Shown: piece after piece, positions 37,561 to 49,084 of the stretch
Layout: each line of letters starts with the position of its first letter
Position numbering within the stretch: the first letter of the stretch is position 1
Notes under the pieces: generated by a model
Seen by the model: only the letters and a program-made list of their open reading frames with translations
Databases searched by the model: none
What the model was told of the DNA's origin: nothing
Position numbers and translations under genes: made by a program
Source: Sphyrna mokarran
Taxonomy: Eukaryota
Direction of reading: 5' to 3'
DNA: 64,000 bases
Assembly: GCA_024679065.1 (NCBI GenBank)
Contig: JAGIQG010000020.1
Coordinates: 7,874,001-7,938,000 of the forward strand

Positions 37561-38060
37561 TGTGTGTGTGTGCGCGCACGCGTGTGTGTGGGAGAGAGAT
37601 CCAGTAAGATAAATGGCCCATTCAAACGTGGGACTCGAATGTGTAACATTCTGTTAGTGTTTTAGATCCATTTCACCAACTGTTCGGTGTTTAATGCCCG
37701 AATAAATGATGTGAGCCAAGTCTCTGCTGAAAGGCACCAGCTGCACGCGTCCCCTTTGTTTTCCAACACGTGGGAAAGAGGCAACTCCAGCGATCCCAGC
37801 AGCGCGGAAACTATCCCAGATCAAATCCACTGTGCGCTCAGCCTGCTGGCCTCACGCAGGAGCGGTAGAAACCACCTGCACAGCTCAAGAGTGGGAGTCA
37901 AAAACCTCACTCTCTTCACCTGTGTTAAAAGGGGAGTTGTATTTAAATCAGACGTTTGACACCTCAAACCACAGGTTACAACTAATTCTCAAAGTTACAC
38001 ACGGGTGTCCACATTTTCTCAAGAGGATCACCGTGTCAGTACGTGTGAGTGAATGGGAAT
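37561..38060. promoter_or_regulatory. Candidate upstream Notch/bHLH enhancer 1
   Basis: CGTGGGAA (37769-37776) overlaps CACGTG and has an inverted half-site ATCCCAGC 16 bp away. Also CAGCTG, CACCTG x2 and CACGCG x2. Confidence 0.55.
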
Positions 38061-38679
38061 TTCTCGTTTATGTCAGGTTTTTTCCCTTAATGAAATGAAT
38101 AAATGAGCCGATGAAAAGTCATGACCTGAAACATGAATCCTGTCTCTCTCTCTGTAGTTACACTCGGATCTCCTGAGCACTTTCAGCATTCTCTGTTCTT
38201 AATTCCGATTTCCGACATCCGCAGTCTTGTCACTTTGTGAATTGGAGATTGTTGTGATAGTTTGACCTTACTGGGAGTCAATAGGAATCTTATACTGGGA
38301 AGGACAGCTGTTCGATGTGGCAGACTGAATTCTCCAAAACAAAATCTCGGGGAAATTGGCGAGCCAGCGGTTTCTAACAGGGGGAAAGTAACAAGGATTT
38401 TAATCAGAACATGCTCTTTGATTGATACTTAATCTTTGCAGGTTCACTGCTCAGCAACTGGGGAGGAATGTTCATCGCCCATCCTGGACATTGACAGAAT
38501 CTGGTAACTGCCAAGGTCCGGGGCCAAAGATCCAAATTATTGTCAAGATTACAATAGTTTTGGCTTTAAATTGTCAACTAATAAAATCTATGGAAAATAA
38601 TAGGCGCGCTACTTGGGTCATTAAAGTCAAAGTTCCAGATATATGACTAATGTTGGACAGTCTCTGCTTTAATATCTAA

Positions 38680-38900
38680 GCTCTGGCGTGACATACGTAC
38701 ATTCGCTGGTCCATATTATTCTCTTTGAACAGAATGGCGGATTGGAAGGCGCATGCGCGGTGTGCAGGCCAATTAGCCCACTTGCTTTGTTGGCGCAGGT
38801 CAACTCTGTGACCGCTACTAAACGCTCCTTTTCTTCTCGCCACGTGGGAAAGTACCAGCAACATCTGCATGCATTCTGGAGGCTAAGCGTGCTTCTGAAA
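38680..38900. promoter_or_regulatory. Candidate upstream enhancer 2
   Basis: CACGTGGGAAAG (38841-38852), CTTTGAA TCF-like site, GCGCATGCGC and CCAAT in CpG-retaining unique sequence. Confidence 0.5.
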
Positions 38901-39402
38901 CCGCGTCAGATAATAGCATTTCCTCCCCCCACCCCCCACCCCCACCCCGCACAACACCCTTCTTGTTTACTGGTATCACACGCTTTAATAAGCATTAGCT
39001 TTAGTACATTCAGAAGGCCGCTGGCCATGTAAAATTGCAGTTCAATGGAGACATTGATTTTATTCCAGGGACCAAAGCAATTCAGGTTATGAAGCCTTAT
39101 GTCTCGGTGATGTACACGCAGGTGGTGTGGGGACTGCGAACAGACATCAGTTCTAGAAAAGGCCTTTTATTTGAGCACTTTCGCGCATTTTTACCCAAAA
39201 TATTTTTATCCAGAGTTATAAATAAGCAGGGTTGTATATATTATATACATATTCAAGTTTATATACATATATAATATGTTATATGCATATAATTCATATA
39301 TAATGTTTTATAAATACGCATTTTAATAAAGTTTTATCCAAATATGATTCCATAAATTTGCTGGTTTTACAAATACGACTTTTATTTACATGGGATTTAC
39401 AC

Positions 39403-39447
39403 AACACACACACACAAATACACACACACACACACACATACACACAC
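39403..39447. repeat. Interrupted (CA)n microsatellite
   Basis: Directly visible. Confidence 0.9.
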
Positions 39448-42400
39448 TCAGACCCACTTCAGACATCTTCAAATGTGTATCTTATACAAATAGGCAAGTT
39501 TGATATTAGTTTAATATGCTTTATACGTAGTTTTTACACCGATTTTACGTACATGCAGATTACCTAAATAAATTAACTATTTATCTTATTGACATTGATA
39601 TTTTATACTTGTGAGGCATATACAAGTCGACACAAATGCAAAGTTGGCAATTTTCATTCGTTACCAGCTATGAACATATCTTAATTCCAGCATGGTTTCC
39701 GTATATACAGGTTCTGTACAAATGCAGGTCCTATACTTTTTTGCTTTGTAAATATAGTTTTATACTCATGCTTGGACAACTAGTAGCTTTCATTTAAGTG
39801 AAGGTTTTATATAATTGCAAGTTTCATGCATATTTTACATAAAGTGTTTTGTACGTATAATATCATTTTAAACATATGCAGTTTCTGCATGAAGATTGAT
39901 TTGACAGCATGGAGATTTTACACACATCCACACATATTTTATAACTAGATGGTTTTGATGCAAAAGAAAGTTTTATCAATCAAACACGAAATTTGTACAG
40001 GTTTGCGCACAACACCTCCTACCCCCCTCCCCAGCACGAGGAGACAGAATGCTGCATTAGAGCAAATGCTAATCGTAAAGAAGTTTCTCACTGGAAATAA
40101 TTGTGAAGCGAAGTTCTGCCTACATGTAGTGGTGGATGAATAACAATCCCTGGGATCCATTGAAAACAGATTGGGGGAGTTCCACGCCACCGCCCCTTCT
40201 TCCTAACTCCCAACCCCCCTTCCTATCCCCCACCCCCACACCATCCCAACACCTCCAGTTGTGGCCCGCGTTTATGCATTAGAAGGCACCACTCTCGCAG
40301 ATGATCCGATCATTCATCACATTTGCTAATTGTAGAAACGTTCTCTGGGCAACCGACTGCAGCTTTTTATCCATATCAGAAATATGATTCAAGTTACTGG
40401 ACCTAAAATGCGTGGAGACGCCCGGAACATGCGCAAGTCTTTCTATGACAAAATACTATGCAGATGCAATGAATAAATGAGCGCTGTACCTGCGGCTTAA
40501 CTCGGCCTTTCCCCACTCCCAAAGGTGAACTCTGAGACTGTCTTCTGCTCAGGCTATGACTTCACTTGGTTTTATTTAAATCAATGTTATTCTGAAAGTG
40601 GGATTTATCTTGTCTGAATAGAAAAATATGTTTAAAAAACTATCCATAACAGAGTTCAGATACTTTCTACTCTGAACATATTCCATTGAGCAAACAAAAG
40701 GTAAAACTGGCAAAGCAAATCAGCCTAATTAATGTGCAAACCTGCTTAAGGGGATCTGTAAATAAAAAACAAATTTTCAAAGGAAAATGATCAGAATTAA
40801 ATCAAAATGCGGGTGGGGAGGGGCGCGGGGGGTGGTCAATGATCCACCTCAGACCCCGGCTGGTCATTCCAATAATATTTCGGTGTTATTCCACACATTG
40901 TTGGAATCAGTATGTATTTGAATAGAGTACGCTAAATAGCACCAACGATTTTTCCATTGACATTGCTCTCAGCGCTGGTATTATCTACTGATCTCTATCA
41001 AGATCCTCGGGCTAATTCGTTCCTCATTTGAAGCACTAACATTGCAGTTCTGCTGCGAATTCCAACTTCTACAATTGCTTTTAAGGGGATATAAATAAAT
41101 AAACAAATACATACATATATAATATATAAACATATAGACATATACATAGAGCTATATTTATATAACCAGAAACGTGGGCACATGATGCACGAAAGAAGGG
41201 AATGATTTTGATGAATATCGGTTAAGCCACGTTCCAATGTATTAACAAATATTAAGATGCAAACTCCGCACTCCAGTCAAAAGTAAAAGCTCATATCTGA
41301 GAACGATAGAATTGGTTTGCTGATTAATATTCAATTATATTCGAAGCGTTCTAAGTAGAATTATATAAAATCTACACATTGAAGCAGCCATTCGGGCCAA
41401 CCATTCTACGTCGACATTTATATCCTTTCTTTTCCAATCTTTATAACCTCTTCATAGAACATAACTCCTCTGAAATGCATCTACGCGATTTCACTCTAAC
41501 CTTTCCCGTGAATAGAATTCCGCATCAGCAAGAAGTTTCTTCTGAATTCACTATTTGATTTTCTTGGTGGCTCTATTTTTTTCATTCTAGCCTCAGGTTT
41601 GTCACTGTAAACACTCCGTGCGACCACTCCACAAAACAATATTTCAAAATTTGGAAAATCTCTAACAAGTTGTCCCAGGCCTTCCGATTTCAAGGGAAAA
41701 AAAATCCGGGCAGTTCCTCCTTTGCTAACAGGTATGATCGCTCGAAGTTCTAGTCTCTTCAAAATTATAAATCTTTCTTTTGCCCCATTTTTGCTTTCTC
41801 GATTTTAAAAAAAATATTATGCAGCGATCAGAAGAGTACACGGCACTCCAAGTGTGGTCTGACCCAGAATCCATACACATTCACCACCACTTCTCGAATG
41901 TTCAGTTCCATTTGTTCAGGAATAAACTCCAGTCTTCGGTTTCCCTTTGCTAAGATTTCACTGGGGCAACGCTCAGCAATTTGTGTGTTTATACTCCGAG
42001 ATCCCATGAGGTTTATTTGCGACCGAATTTACTTTCGAAACGGAGTTAAAACAATACAGCAGTTAATAGCCTGAAACCAACTCTTAACGAAAAGCGTGAC
42101 TGGCCCCGCAAAGAATGAGCCATTGAATCTTGTGTCATTTACTGAGAGGTTAGAGCTACTCAACAAGAAATTGACAGCAAACGTCAACGCATAATCTTAA
42201 CGCTTGCCGTCGCTCTCATATGGATACAAAACATGTCATTCCTCGGAACAATCCTTATTGAAGAAGACAGGTAAAATCTCAACTCAAAACCCAAGGAAAC
42301 TTTTGACAGAAAGTTATAGCTCACCTTCTCCAAGAAATATAATTTGGTAGGCAAAAATCATTTTTACTGAGGTTGTTTGTTATTCTACGTCGATAATAAC

Positions 42401-42617
42401 ACTCCACGTTATTAAGGGTTTGTGGATTTATGTAGATTTCTATAATAATAATTGAATTTGACCTTTTTCATTCTAAGTGGGGGTACCTTCTCCAATACCG
42501 GCCTTTTGAAAACATGTAACTGAACGGATACTGCCATCTAGCGGTCTGGGTGTGTAAAGATTTGCGAAAATAAAATTAATAAATTCTGGAAAGAAAACTG
42601 CCTTCTCTTGCCAATTT

Positions 42618-42860
42618 AAAGTTTATTTATTAGTGTCACAAGTAGGCTTACATTAACACTGTAATGAAATTACTGTGGAAATCCCCTAGTTGCCAGACTT
42701 CGGCACCTTTTTGGGTACACTGAGGGAGAATTTAGCATGGCTCAGCACCCTAACCAGCACGTCTTTCGGATTGTGAAAGGACACCGAAGCGCCCGGAGGA
42801 AACCCACGGAGACACGGCGAGAGCATGCAGACTCCGCACAGGCAGTGACCAAGCTTTGGC
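42618..42860 (-). mobile_element. V-SINE with non-CR1 tail
   Basis: V-domain followed by ...AATGTAAGCCTACTTGTGACACTAATAAA on the minus strand. Confidence 0.75.
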
Positions 42861-42867
42861 GTGGGTC

Positions 42868-43210
42868 GCATGGTGGCACAGGGGGCAGTACGGTACCACA
42901 GTGATTAGCACTGCTGCCTCACAGTTCCAGCGACCTGGGTTCGATTCACGGCTTGAGTCACTGTCTTTGAGGAGTTTGAACATTCTCACTGTGTCCATGT
43001 GGGTTTCCTCCTACAGTCCAAAGATTAGGTTGATTGGCCATGCTAAATTGCCCCTTAGTATCCCGAGATGCGTAGGTAGAGGGATGAACAGGGTAAATAT
43101 GTGAGATTGTTCGGATAGGGCTCAGGTGGTACTGTTGTCAGTGCAGACTTGATCAGCCGAATGGCCTCCTTATGCACTGTAGGACTCTTATGATACCATG
43201 GTTTCTATGA
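42868..43210 (+). mobile_element. HE1-like V-SINE
   Basis: tRNA head with GGTTCGATTC B box, V-domain and CR1-type tail. Confidence 0.8.
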
Positions 43211-44011
43211 GGGGATGAGAGGAGATTTATCATACTGTGGATGCAGTACTTCAGTTACACAGAGAAGCTGCGAATCCTGGAAAAGAGTATTTTAGAGGGA
43301 ATTTGACAAAGGAGTTCAAAACCTGAAGGGATAGTGTAAATAATGTGAGCGTGTTTCCAACGGCAGAAATTTCAGCAAACAGGTTTTGGTCAATAGTTAA
43401 AGGACCAGGTGGGGAAGGGGGTGACGAACTGAGGAATGTGCTGCCTGAAAAGTGCCGGAGGCAGATTCATTAATAATTACCAAAAGGCAATTGGATTCCT
43501 GCTTGAAAGGAGTACCATAGGCGGGGCAAGGGGAGGTGGCGGTACGCGGGGGAGAGGGCTGGGGAATGCAGGGCAGGGGAAGCCTGGCAGCGGCAGTGAT
43601 TGGAAAGCTCATTCAGAGAGTTGGCACTGACTCGAAGGGCTCGATGCCTTCCTTCTGTGCATTGATTTTGTGAGTGTTTATGTGCTGATGGCTCCATCTT
43701 GTGGAGGAACCAGGAATGACGGTTATCTTCCGCTCTCACTAAAGTGCTGCCCAATTATTTCAATATTCAGAGGGATGTACTTAGGACATTTAAGTATGGT
43801 CACTATTTGGATTTTATGCATAACAATGGATTTTGTGATGATTTGGAAAATACGGTCTTTATTTTTTTTTGTTACCTTTGTATCATTGATTTGAATAATT
43901 CATTTTGAGGTGTAGACCGTACTGACCAGATTATATCTATTGTCTCTATCTCTAATTCATCCTATGTCACTCTCCTTTTGCTTCTGAGGCACCTATCTCT
44001 TCCTCTAACAG

Positions 44012-44310
44012 GCAGAATGGTTAGCATTGCTGCTTCTCGGCACCAGAGACCTGTGTTTGATTCCACGCTTGGGAACTCTATTGTCTGTGTGGAATGTACA
44101 TATTGTCCCCTTGTCTGTGTGGGTTTTCTCCAGGTGCTCCGATTTCCTCCCACAGTCACAGTCATGAAAGATGTGCTGGTTAGGTTCATTAGCCATGCTA
44201 AGTTCTCCCTCAGTGGACCCAAGCAGGTGCTGGAATGTGGCGACTAGGGGGGTTTCACAGTAACTTTTAATGTAAGCCTGCTTGTGACAACAATAAAATC
44301 AACTTTATAA
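44012..44310 (+). mobile_element. V-SINE with non-CR1 tail
   Basis: Head, V-domain and tail AATGTAAGCCTGCTTGTGACAACAATAAA. Confidence 0.75.
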
Positions 44311-44999
44311 AAGAAACTTAACATTTTTATGCCTCTACGTCCAGACTTTTTGGCTTTTCTCATATCTTTTCTGCTTATTTGACTTGTTTGACTGATTCTC
44401 CTTTCAGAGTGACCATGTGAATTGGAGTTTGGAAGGAAATGGATTCACAAAAAGGATTGGTGCCGATGTTTTCCCAGAGATGATGACGTGATAAATCTGG
44501 TCTGCATTGTTCAGCAACTGACTTCCCATCACACCACAATTTTTTATACTTTACTGCATCCCTTAATCTAATCATGTCCCCAAATCCTTCAGCAACACAT
44601 CCCTTAAATCCCATTTTACCATTTAACTCTTTTATCTGCTTCCATTACCAATGTAATGTAAAAGCAAAATCTTGCAGATGCTGGAATCTGAAACAAAACC
44701 AGAAAATGCTCGAAAATCTCACAGATCTGGCAGCATCTATGGAGAGAGAATAGAGTCTGGATGACTCTTTGTTAGAGTCTAATGAAGGATCATCGTAACT
44801 CGAAACTTTGAGTCTTTTCTCCCTCCATTACCAATGCTCCACTCTTACTTTGTATTTTCTCCATCATTAACTCTGCTTGTGTACAATTCACACTTAACTC
44901 TCTATTCACACTTCCACCTATTCAGCACAAAGGTAGATAAAAATAGACTAGCGATTTGCCCCTTTTCACTTTCAACCTGTTTACATTTTGTCCCTCCGT

Positions 45000-45890
45000 T
45001 CCAATCTTCTATGTTTTTTTAGGTCACACCGTTAAGACGGATCCAACAGAGATGGTGGCACAGTGATGTACAGTCAGGAGGGATCTGACAGTTCTAACAT
45101 TGACTCCGGACTCCTTGAAGTCTCAAGGCTCCAGGTCAAACATGGGCAAGGAAACCTTCTGCTTTCCCTCAATCAGTAATCTTCTATGCTCTGCATCACT
45201 TAGATAAAGCGCTGAGGATAGCAATGGATATGCTGGGAAGGGAAATTCAATGCCAATCATCAAGAGTGGCTCATGGTACTGTGACTGACTGAGCTGGCAC
45301 ATTGCTAATCAACATGGCTGCAAGTCTGGGCTAGCAGCACGCGGTTACGGAACCAACAACAGGAAAAATTGTACTTGACTTTACCTTCAGAAATCTTTCT
45401 GCCTCAGATGTAATTGCATATGACCACATCAGTAGGAGAGGCGACTGCATCGTCCTTGTGGAGACAAAGTCCCATAATCACAGTAAAGATATCATCCATT
45501 GTTGTGAGGCAATATCATTGTGCCAAATAGGATATGTTCAGTACATATCTAGCAGCTGAAAACGGGGCATCCACAAAGCTCTGTAGACCATCAGAAGAAG
45601 GATTTTATTCAACCACAATGTGTACCTGAAGGCTTGGCATATCTCCCACTCTAACAATATCTTCAGACCAGGGGATCAAACCTGGTTCAATGACAAGTCC
45701 AGGGAGGGCATGCCAGGGGAAGTACCAGGAATACCCCGAAATATGATATCAACCTGATAAAGTGACAACACAGAACTACTTGCATGTCAAACAATAAAGT
45801 GATTCTGCTCCAATCAAAGCTCTGCTGTCCTATCATGTCTAGTTGTGAACAGTGATGCATAATAAAACAACTCACTGGAGGAGGAGGAGC
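45000..45890 (+). mobile_element. Decayed L2-like LINE (endonuclease/linker region)
   Basis: Relics such as GKFNANHQEWL and ..LDFT...SDHI are typical of the LINE endonuclease C-terminus. Confidence 0.5.
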
Positions 45891-45894
45891 CTAG

Positions 45895-48150
45895 CACATC
45901 ACTGCAAATAATAAGAAAGCATATGGCATACTTGCCTTCATTAGCAGGGGGATTGAGTACAAGAGTTGGGAAGTCATGGTGCAGCTGTGTAAAATTCAGG
46001 TTAGGCTGCATTTGGAGTATTGCGTGCAGTCCTGGTCACCATACTACTGTGGACATGGAAGTTTTGGAGAGAGTGCAAAGATAGTTCAACAAGATACTGT
46101 CTCGGAGGTGATGGCTATGAGGAGAGGTTGAATACATTAGGATTGTTTTCACTGGAAAGACAGAGGCAGAAGGAAAACCTGTAGAGGCCTACAAAATTAT
46201 GAGAGGCATAGACAGTGGATAGTCAGAGGCTTTTCCCAAGGATGGAAGTGTCAATTATAAGGGGGCACAGGTTCAAGGTCAGAGGGGGAAATTTAAAGGA
46301 AATATGCAGGGGAAGTTTTTCATGCAGAGTGAATTTCATGCAGAGTGCCTGGAATATTCTGCCAGTGGAGATGGTGGAAACATGCACATTAGCAACATTT
46401 AAGAGACATCTGGATGGGTACATGAATTTGGAGAGAATAGATGGATATAGACCAATTAAGAGCAGAAGGTTTTCTTTTACTTAGTTAGGACATCATTATC
46501 AACGCAGGTTTGGAAGGCCAAAGGGCCTGTTACTGTGTTATATTTCTCTTTGTTTTTTGATTAATCAAGGATAGTCAACAAGGCTTTGTTGGAGGAAATC
46601 ATCTCTAACAAATTTGATTAAATTTGTTGATGAGGTGACTTACATGTACAGACGAGGGTAGTCCAGTTGATGTAGTCTACTTGGACATCAGTAAGGCTTT
46701 TGACAAGGTCCTTCATGGGAGACCCAATAAATCATTAAGAGCTGATTGGATCCAGGGCAATTTGGCAAATTGGATCCAAAATTGGCTTAGTGATAGAAGG
46801 CAGAGGGTGATGGTCGAAAATTGTTTTTGCAACTCAATGTTTGTGTCCAGTAGTATAACACAGGGTTCAGTGGTGAGTCCCTTTCAATTTGTAGTGTACA
46901 TTAATAACATCTAGGGTGAATGTGGGGTTATGATCAGTAAGTTTGCATATGATATGAAAATTGGTGGTATGGCAAATAGTGAAGATGAAAGCCTTAGATT
47001 ACACAATGATAGGGCAGCAAGGTGGCACAGTGGTTACCACTACTGACTCACAGTGTCAGGGACTTGGGTTCACTTCTGGCCTTGGGTGACAATCTGTGTG
47101 GAGTTTGTACATTGTCCCCATGTCTGCGTGGGTTTCCTCGGGATGCCCTGGTTTCCTCCCCCAGTCCAAAGATGTGCAGGTCAAATGGATTGCCTACAAT
47201 AAATTGTCTCTTTGTGTCCAAAGATATGTAGGTCAGATGGATTAGCCATGGTAAGTTATGATGTTAAGGGATAGGCAGAGGAGAGGGCCTGGTTAAAATA
47301 CTCTGTTATGGAGACAGTGCAGACTTGATGGGCCAAATTCCTTCCTTCAGTACTGTGGGGATTCTATGATGCTATGATATTGACAGGCTGGTCAGATGGA
47401 CAGAACAGTGGCAAATGGAAATTAAGTTTGTAAAGTGTGATGCGATTTGGGAAGACTAACAACTCAAAATCAAAGAAAGATAGGACACAGGTAAGTACAG
47501 AAAACTAGAGGGATCTTCGGGTGCTCGTTCAAGTATCCCTGAAGATAGCAGGACATATAGATAAGTTTGTTAAGAAGGCATGTGGGTTATTTGCCTTTAT
47601 TAGCCGTGGCATAGAGTATAAGAGCAGGAAGTTTATGATGGGACTGTGTAAAATGCTTGCTAAATGACACTTAGAGTACTGTGTGCAGTTCTGGTTGCCA
47701 CACTGCAAGAAGAAAGTGATTGCACTAAGAAGAGTGCAGAGGAGATTCACCAGGGTGTCACCTCAGCTGGAGCATTTCAACTATGAAGAGAGGCGGTTTA
47801 GGCTGGGGTTGTTCTCCTTAGAGCAGAGAAGGCTGAGAGGGGAAGCTGATTAAAGTGTAAAAAACTATGGATGGCACAGATAGGGTTTGTAGGAAGGTAC
47901 AGAGGAGATGTCGGGGTAAGTTTTTCACTCAGAGAGTGGTGGGTGCATGGAATGTGTTGCCACCAACGGTAAGGTGGAGGCAGATTCAATAGGGTCTTTT
48001 AAGAGACTTTTAGATAAGTATATGAAACTTAGTAACATAGTGTGTTATAGGTAAGCCTAATAATCTCTAAGGTAGGGGCATGCTTGGGACAACTTTGTGG
48101 GCCGAAGGGCCTGTATTATGCTATAGTTTCTCTATGTTTCTATGTTTCTA
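45895..48150 (+). mobile_element. Tandem decayed CR1 fragments (45895-46555; 46560-48150)
   Basis: DISKAFDKV..QGSV..YIN RT relics, C-terminal relics and a (TTTCTATG)n tail at about 48125-48150. Confidence 0.8.
47012..47378 (+). mobile_element. HE1-like V-SINE inserted in CR1
   Basis: Head, V-domain and tail, flanked by ATGATA on both sides; the CR1 frame resumes after it. Confidence 0.85.
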
Positions 48151-48835
48151 GGACACAAGAGGCCCAGATGGAACAGTCTTTATACAATTCCCAACTGGGA
48201 CAATAGTTCTGCAGAATCTTCTTGGTGCTGGCCTTAATAAGAGCTCAGATGACAACTTTCAACTGGGCAGGTCATTGCCTTTTACTAAGGAACTCTTATT
48301 CAATGAGACCCACATAGAAACCAATTAGGGGGTTATCACAGGGCATAAATAACAAGAGATTTAGATGATCTCAGTTTAGCAAATGTGAAAGACTGGTCAA
48401 GAGCATTTTGTGACATTCAAGTCTAGATGCAATGAATACATAAACAAAAATTCAGCAACAGATAACTTGAGGAAGAGACGGTATCATTTCAGATGATGGA
48501 GATGATTGGGGTTACAGATTGTCCATATTGCAGTCTGTGGAGGAATATTCAATGGCACACCGCAACTTCACAATTTTCTGCTTCAAAGGGAAATTAACGG
48601 TGAAAACTGGCACTTCACCAAAGAACCAAAATTTCCCCGCACACCTCTTCAAATTCCAATCCTCTGTCTGTTTTGAAAATTTTTACTGATGCATCATAAA
48701 TGTTTTGAAATTATCCTCTTACTTCTTTTTCCAGAATTTTGGGAAATAAATGAAGAAAACTTGCCCCAAATAAAATTTGAACGCAGTTTGGTGGATTAAA
48801 TGGTATTGATACAGGTAGGTAAATTTGGAAAGCTG

Positions 48836-48943
48836 CACATTTGCCTGAGGAAGACACAGGAGTCGAAAGCTCGCGTTTTTACTATCAAATAAATCGGTTG
48901 GATTATAAATTGGTGTTGCTAAATTCTTACTGAGTTCTTACCA
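48836..48943 (+). mobile_element. Single-arm copy of the 26143 Penelope-derived element with intact hammerhead core
   Basis: CTGAGGA-A-GAC(ACAGGA)GTC-GAAA-GCTC at 48845-48872, then near identity to the right arm of the 26 kb palindrome. Confidence 0.8.
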
Positions 48944-49084
48944 TGTATTCATCCTACAGAGACACAGTTCTGGGAGAAGCTGTTCTGATCATTGATGAAC
49001 AAATAAGTCTGGCCTTCAGTCCATTTCAATGAAGGCTTTAAAACACTACTCTAATGATTCATGCAATCAAATTAATGTGAGGTA

